Assembly: GCA_038886535.1 (NCBI GenBank)
Contig: JAVZXS010000007.1
Span: 1-38,425, forward strand
DNA from: Candidatus Micrarchaeia archaeon
GTDB taxonomy: Archaea; Micrarchaeota; Micrarchaeia; CABMEP01
Direction of reading: 5' to 3'
Length of the DNA: 38,425 nucleotides
Within the stretch, counting starts at the first letter, position 1; each line of letters starts with the position of its first letter. This document shows positions 34,100-38,425 of this stretch, piece by piece. A program made the position numbers and the translations under genes. The notes beneath the pieces were generated by a model. That model had not been told where the DNA came from. It did no database searches and saw only the letters and a program-made list of their open reading frames with translations.

Positions 34100-35215
34100 A
34101 TGTTGGTAAAACAAAAAATGAACTCAGGAACAAGCACAAGTAATATTGTTGATTTCCCAAAATACAGCAGAGACCAAATCGAACTAATCAAAAAGACAGT
34201 TGCCAGAGGAGCTACAGACGATGAACTTGCATTATTTCTTTATAGGGCAAAACAGTTAGACCTTGACCCGCTTTCAAATCAAATTTATTTTGTGAAACGT
34301 AGAATAAAAAACAATAAAGGTGGGTATGACGAAATTGCCACCATACAAGTTGGGATTGAAGGGTTGAGGCTTATTGCTGAAAGGTCAGGTAAATATGAAG
34401 GACAAGACCCTATAAAGTATATTGTTGAAAGAAATAATCAAATAATAGAAACTGAATGGGTATTGCCAACTGATAAACCTATTGCAGCAAAGGCATCAGT
34501 ATATAAGAGGGGGTGTGTTAAACCTTTTACAGCAGTTGCTCATTACAATGATTATGTAGTTAAAAATCCTGATGGCACTCCTAATGCTATGTGGCGTAGG
34601 TGGACAATAATGCTTGCCAAATGTGCAGAGTCTTTAGCACTTAGAAAGGCATTCCCAGAACTAAATTTTTCTGGCATTTACGAACCAGCGGAAACTAATC
34701 ACATAGAGGAAAATACAACAATTACAACTGTTGATGTTGAAACTGTTGAATCGTTTGAACCAATTTTAACAGAAACTGAACCTTTTGTATTTGAAACTGA
34801 AGAGGTATCAATTCCTCAATTCAAGACTGATGTTATATCAAGAGAAGAAAATGAAGTTACAGAAGCAGTAAGTAATCCAGTATTAAAAAATGAGGAATCA
34901 CTAAAAGAGTTAAAGAGTGTAAAAAGTGAAATTAAAACAGATAAAGAAATTCAAACATTTAAAGATACTCCGAAAGAAGTTAAAAAAGAAAAAGATAATG
35001 CACCAGATGTGAAAGAGATATTTGAGGAAAGTAATACTGAATTAAATCTTATTACAGATTCACAGATAAATGCGATAGTTAATCTTGCAAAAAAGTTTAA
35101 ATTAGATGAAAAAATTGTGAGAGACAGAATAAAGGGAATCTCCTATAGGGAAGCTGCTGAAGTAATCAGACAACTGGGAAAGAAGGACATTTCATATTTT
35201 ATTGAACCCTTTTAA
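34100..35215 (+). CDS. bet: Phage-type single-strand annealing recombinase Bet (RecT/Red-beta family)
   Basis: IKKTVARGATDDELALFL...LDPLSNQIYFVK...QVGIEGLRLIAERSGKYEG...MLAKCAESLALRKAFP. Start placed at ATG 34100 after GAGGTG; the upstream extension in the ORF track is low-complexity non-coding DNA. Confidence 0.92.
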   Translation: MLVKQKMNSGTSTSNIVDFPKYSRDQIELIKKTVARGATDDELALFLYRAKQLDLDPLSNQIYFVKRRIKNNKGGYDEIATIQVGIEGLRLIAERSGKYEGQDPIKYIVERNNQIIETEWVLPTDKPIAAKASVYKRGCVKPFTAVAHYNDYVVKNPDGTPNAMWRRWTIMLAKCAESLALRKAFPELNFSGIYEPAETNHIEENTTITTVDVETVESFEPILTETEPFVFETEEVSIPQFKTDVISREENEVTEAVSNPVLKNEESLKELKSVKSEIKTDKEIQTFKDTPKEVKKEKDNAPDVKEIFEESNTELNLITDSQINAIVNLAKKFKLDEKIVRDRIKGISYREAAEVIRQLGKKDISYFIEPF

Positions 35216-35229
35216 CATAGAGATTACAA

Positions 35230-35264
35230 GAAGCCTCCATCTTCTGTAAGATGGAATAGTTCAC
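35230..35264 (+). repeat. IS200/IS605 right-end-like hairpin ending ATAGTTCAC
   Basis: GAAGCC-TCCATCTT-CTGT-AAGATGGA-ATAGTTCAC. Confidence 0.65.
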
Positions 35265-35287
35265 TGCTTTTGTAAAGGAGATTATTT

Positions 35288-35500
35288 ATGATAGTTAGCA
35301 TTAAAACAGGAGGTGAACTATGGGCGGTAGTAGTAGCAGATGATATGGATTTTATCGAGCATTCGGTTATTGACTGTGTTATTAAGGCAAAGAAAATGTA
35401 TCCAAATGAAAGAACTGTAATTCAAGGGCTTAAGGAAGAAAGAGTTGAAAAAATAAAAAAAATAGTTGAAAAAAGGCTAAATCAAGAAAAAAATAATTAA
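35288..35500 (+). CDS. Hypothetical protein
   Basis: 70 aa, AAGGAG RBS, between bet and ssb. Confidence 0.65.
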   Translation: MIVSIKTGGELWAVVVADDMDFIEHSVIDCVIKAKKMYPNERTVIQGLKEERVEKIKKIVEKRLNQEKNN

Positions 35501-35513
35501 AAAGGGGTGCAGC

Positions 35514-35912
35514 ATGTTTAACAAATTTATAGCAGTAGGAAATTTAACAAGGGATCCAGAGATAAGGTATACACCTTCTGGAATAGCAGTGACAATTTTA
35601 CCAATTGCAGTCAATACCAGATTTAAGTCAAATGGTGAAACAAAGGAAGAAACTTTATTTATTGACGTAGTTGTGTTTAATAAACAAGCAGAAACGTGTG
35701 TTCAATATTTAAGTAAAGGAAAGTCCATTTTAGTTGAAGGTAGATTAAGAGAGAGGAAATGGGAAAAGGAAGGAGTAACACATCGAAAAATGGAAGTTAT
35801 AGCAAATACAGTAAAATTTATGTCGCCAAGGCAAAGTGAGCAAAGTGATACTACTGATACAACAATGGAAGAAATAATAGCAACAGATATTCCAGATACA
35901 GAACCTTTTTAA
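35514..35912 (+). CDS. ssb: Single-stranded DNA-binding protein
   Basis: NKFIAVGNLTRDPEIRYTPSG...YLSKGKSILVEGRL; acidic tail ending EPF. Confidence 0.97.
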   Translation: MFNKFIAVGNLTRDPEIRYTPSGIAVTILPIAVNTRFKSNGETKEETLFIDVVVFNKQAETCVQYLSKGKSILVEGRLRERKWEKEGVTHRKMEVIANTVKFMSPRQSEQSDTTDTTMEEIIATDIPDTEPF

Positions 35913-35937
35913 ATTTAAAAAAATAAAAGTAATAAAC

Positions 35938-35982
35938 TCAAAGATACAGATACCAGGGTGATTTAGGTATCTGTATCTTTGA
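35938..35982 (+). terminator. 17-bp stem-loop after ssb (probable terminator)
   Basis: TCAAAGATACAGATACC, 11-nt loop, GGTATCTGTATCTTTGA. Confidence 0.6.
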
Positions 35983-35994
35983 TATAATAAAAAT

Positions 35995-36858
35995 ATGCCA
36001 AATAAAAAGATAGAAATAGATATAGCAAAGATTAATATTCCAGTAATTCCAGATATTTTATTAAGAGTTACTAAGTTAATAAAAGAGGATAAAGCATCTA
36101 TTTATTTACTGCAAAAATTAATAACATCAGATCAAGCATTTACAGCAAAACTTTTACATGTAGCAAATTCTCCTTATTATGGACAGACAAGAAAAGTCGA
36201 AAGTATTAGACAAGCATTATTGCTTGTTGGTTTTGAGAATTTTAAAAATATAATTATATCTACTGCAATAGATAATCTTTACAAAAAAACTGATAAGTTT
36301 GAGTTTAGTTTGTGGAAACATAGTGTAAATGTAGCGTATTTTGCAAGTTTGTTGGCAGTAATTACAGAAAAGACCACATCTGAATGTGCATATATGCTTG
36401 GATTACTTCATGACATAGGAAAACTTATTCTTTATAGAAATTTTCCAAAGGAATATTTATCTTTATATAAAAATTTAGATTTTGATAAAAAAAATATCCA
36501 TGCAATTGAATTAGAAAAAGAAAAATTAGGAATAAGTCATATAGAAGCGGGGATAATGCTTGCAGAAAAATGGTATTTCCCAGATAAAATAACAACCGTA
36601 ATTAAGCATAGTCATAATAATGAAATACCTTTTAATGTAAATTATAGAAATGAATGTTTATTGATAAAATTAGCAAATTTATTGTTTTATGTAACTGTTA
36701 AAAAAAATAATAGCGAAGTTATTATGTCTGATATTTTAAAGATTTTGAAAGAGTTAGATATAACAGAAGAATTATTTGAAGAGATAGTGAAAAAAAGTAA
36801 TATACAGAAAAGTTTTATCTCCCCTGCCGGGGAGACTCCTTCTGTAAGGGAGGAGTAG
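35995..36858 (+). CDS. HDOD-domain signalling protein
   Basis: IPVIP...DQAFTAKLLHVANSPYYG...LWKHS...GLLHDIGKL...W.FP motifs. Confidence 0.92.
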   Translation: MPNKKIEIDIAKINIPVIPDILLRVTKLIKEDKASIYLLQKLITSDQAFTAKLLHVANSPYYGQTRKVESIRQALLLVGFENFKNIIISTAIDNLYKKTDKFEFSLWKHSVNVAYFASLLAVITEKTTSECAYMLGLLHDIGKLILYRNFPKEYLSLYKNLDFDKKNIHAIELEKEKLGISHIEAGIMLAEKWYFPDKITTVIKHSHNNEIPFNVNYRNECLLIKLANLLFYVTVKKNNSEVIMSDILKILKELDITEELFEEIVKKSNIQKSFISPAGETPSVREE

Positions 36859-36864
36859 TTCACT
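36818..36864 (+). repeat. Dispersed 47-bp double-hairpin repeat ending GTAGTTCAC, copy B
   Basis: 41/47 identical to 11275-11321. It supplies the stop codons of both convergent flanking genes. Confidence 0.75.
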
Positions 36865-37547
36865 TAAAGAAATTAAGAACACTTTCCATTAATTCAATTG
36901 CTTTTCTAATTTGTTCTTTATCTCCTTTTGATAATACTTCTTTGAACTTTTCAAACAAATTAGCAAGTGCTTCATTACGTGAGACAATAATAGTGGGTAT
37001 GTCTTTGTCTGGTAAGTATCCTGCAAGTAATAAGAAAACATCAGTATCTTCGTTAAGAGCGGTTGCAATTTTTATAATTTCTCCCCTTAAAAGAATTTCC
37101 TCTTTATTTAAAACTTTATTGATTTTGTCAATTAGAGGTTTTTCAATTTTATTAAGTAAGTGTTTTTTTTTCTATTGTATTTTTAAGAATAATTAAGAAA
37201 GGTTCAGGCATATAAACATTTTTTTCTTTAAGATTATCATGCAGTTCTATCATTTCTACTATCTCAAGAGGAGCTTTAATCTGGGTGAGATAAAAAAACA
37301 TTTTATGTCTTAGTTTTATCTCTTCCTCTGGAGAATCGGCAAAAATTTTCGCTAACTCCCTAAGTAGTTCCTCAGAAGGAACTCTTTCTCCTTTTTCAAG
37401 ATAAGAAAGGTGTATATAACTAACGCCCACTTTTTTACTAAGTTCGGCAAGAGTTAAATTTTTCTTTTCTCTATAATATTTGATTAACTCCCCTAATTCC
37501 AATGAAGGAGTTTTAGTTTTATTTTTTATATTTTTATCCTTTTTCAT
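36860..37547 (-). pseudogene. XRE-family HTH regulator frameshifted at an A9 tract (228 aa if A8)
   Basis: HTH_XRE N-terminus (LGELIKYYREKKNLTLAELSKKVGVSYIHLSYLEKGERVPS). A second frame is open from 37171 to 36863 and encodes ...EIIKIATALNEDTDVFLLLAGYLP...FFK*. The junction is T9 at 37163-37171. Confidence 0.75.
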
Positions 37548-37566
37548 CCTTTTTCATCTTATTCTT

Positions 37567-37721
37567 ACAGGTTCGGAGACCCCTTCCGTAAGGAAGAGGA
37601 GAAGAACCTGTTTTCTTCTTTCTGCTAAATTTTTGCATAAGTTCTTCTTATGCTCCCTTGTCAACCAGTTACCCTTGCTCCTCACAGAGCAAGCCCCATC
37701 CGTCAGGGCAGGGTGGTTGAC
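37567..37721 (-). mobile_element. Miniature non-autonomous IS200/IS605 derivative of IscB type (omegaRNA 5' part joined to the opposite end)
   Basis: Minus strand GTCAACCACCCTGCCCTGACGGATGGGGCTTG...CAAGGGTAACTGGTTGAC...TTCTCCTCTTCCTTACGGAAGGGGTCTCC. Two subterminal hairpins and no nuclease ORF. Confidence 0.65.
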
Positions 37722-37861
37722 ATAAAAATTTTATAAGCATAATTTATTTTTATTATACCAATTTTCTTTATATTTTATCATAACTAAGTAGTTTTTTTAA
37801 ATGAATTTATTTAAGGTCTCCCCAACTGGTTTGTGTCAGCAATATATTTCAGATTTTTTCT

Positions 37862-37898
37862 GTGAACTACTCCTTCCCTACGGAAGGAGTATTCTCGG
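37862..37898 (-). repeat. IS200/IS605-end-like hairpin ending GTAGTTCAC (minus strand)
   Basis: Plus strand GTGAAC-TACTCCTTCC-CTAC-GGAAGGAGTA. Confidence 0.7.
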
Positions 37899-37913
37899 TT
37901 ATAGAAATCTATC

Positions 37914-38080
37914 GTGACATCCTCTCACGAATAAATTCGTGAGCGTCCTGTTTCATCGTAGTGACTTGTCATCTGCCCTTCTGTTCCTCTATATATCTCT
38001 GTATAGCCTCTAATAGACTCTATACCTCAATTCATCTACGGATTAAAATCCGTAGTTTTCTTAAGGGGAAATTCTGTAAA
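37914..38080 (-). mobile_element. Miniature IS200/IS605 element retaining both ends and the TnpA C-terminal coding remnant
   Basis: Left-end hairpin CTACGGATT-TT-AATCCGTAG; remnant SLLEAIQRYIEEQKGR* (38019-37969); right-end hairpin CTCACGAAT-TT-ATTCGTGAG followed by AGGATGTCAC. The left boundary is approximate. Confidence 0.75.
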
Positions 38081-38425
38081 TTTTTAGCTCTTAAGTGCTT
38101 AAGCAGTGAGACAAAACAGGGATTAGCATCTTGAGATTCATCAAGAATAACAAGGTCGTATTTGCAGTAAGTTTTTCCATCTTTTAAAAAGTCAATAAAT
38201 TTCTTAAGATAAAAGTCATGAGGACAAGGAAGTTGTCCACTGTCTATGTAGTCATACAGATAAGTTAAATCTTTAGCAGATATTCCATATCTGTTTATGG
38301 CTTGTTTATAATAAGTGCTTAATTGTTCAAGTTTATAAAGAAACTTGTCAACACTCTCAATAGAATAATCACTGTAAAGAAACTCATGAAAAATTTTCAG
38401 TATAAAGTACGCCCTATCATAATCA
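38032..38425 (-). pseudogene. UvrD-like (SF1) helicase fragment, truncated just after Walker B; starts beyond the right edge
   Basis: Manual translation ...CPHDFYLKKF...KYDLVILDESQDANPCFVSLLKHLRAK, then read-through into the mini-IS end and a stop at 38032-34. The expected motif III (VGD..Q.IY) is absent. Confidence 0.7.

Noticed and set aside
36942..37725. Plus-strand ORFs 36942-37196 and 37480-37725
   Set aside because: The first is antisense to the frameshifted XRE C-terminal half; the second is a read-through of the mini-IS sequence.
1..38425. att sites, tRNA/rRNA genes, and the ICE-versus-plasmid decision
   Set aside because: None recognisable. Both element boundaries lie outside the window, and the recombinase could be an integrase or a resolvase.

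Overview
AT-rich window that is almost entirely one conjugative element (ICE or plasmid). About 32 kb of co-oriented minus-strand genes encode an F-type (MPF-F) T4SS: traD coupling protein, HD-type (MOBH-like) relaxase, dsbC, trbI-like, S26 peptidase, traF, traC, a two-gene traN, traW, traU, trbC, traA, traL, traE, traK, traB, traT-like, traV, traH and traG. A cassette encoding a secretin, a lipoprotein, an Ig-like (ASH-type) surface protein and an HD-GYP protein is embedded in the run. A tyrosine recombinase runs off the left edge. To the right lie an origin-like intergenic region, bet, ssb, an HDOD protein, a frameshifted XRE regulator and a disrupted UvrD-like helicase. The most striking observation is that the first gene of the transfer region is a divergent, truncated NusA paralog (NTD-S1-KH1), a candidate for a dedicated NusA-based antitermination system for conjugation genes. 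Other unexplained signals: a shared 27-29 bp promoter-like motif in front of 8 transcription units; a multi-pairing structured leader before the secretin gene; a perfect G6x4 quadruplex motif beside iteron-like repeats; a TraT lacking its hydrophobic hairpin; an apparent membrane-anchor swap between TraD and the relaxase; DUF4214-like motifs in the TraN tip; and at least 7 miniature IS200/IS605-derived remnants. All family assignments come from motif recognition by eye; no searches were run.
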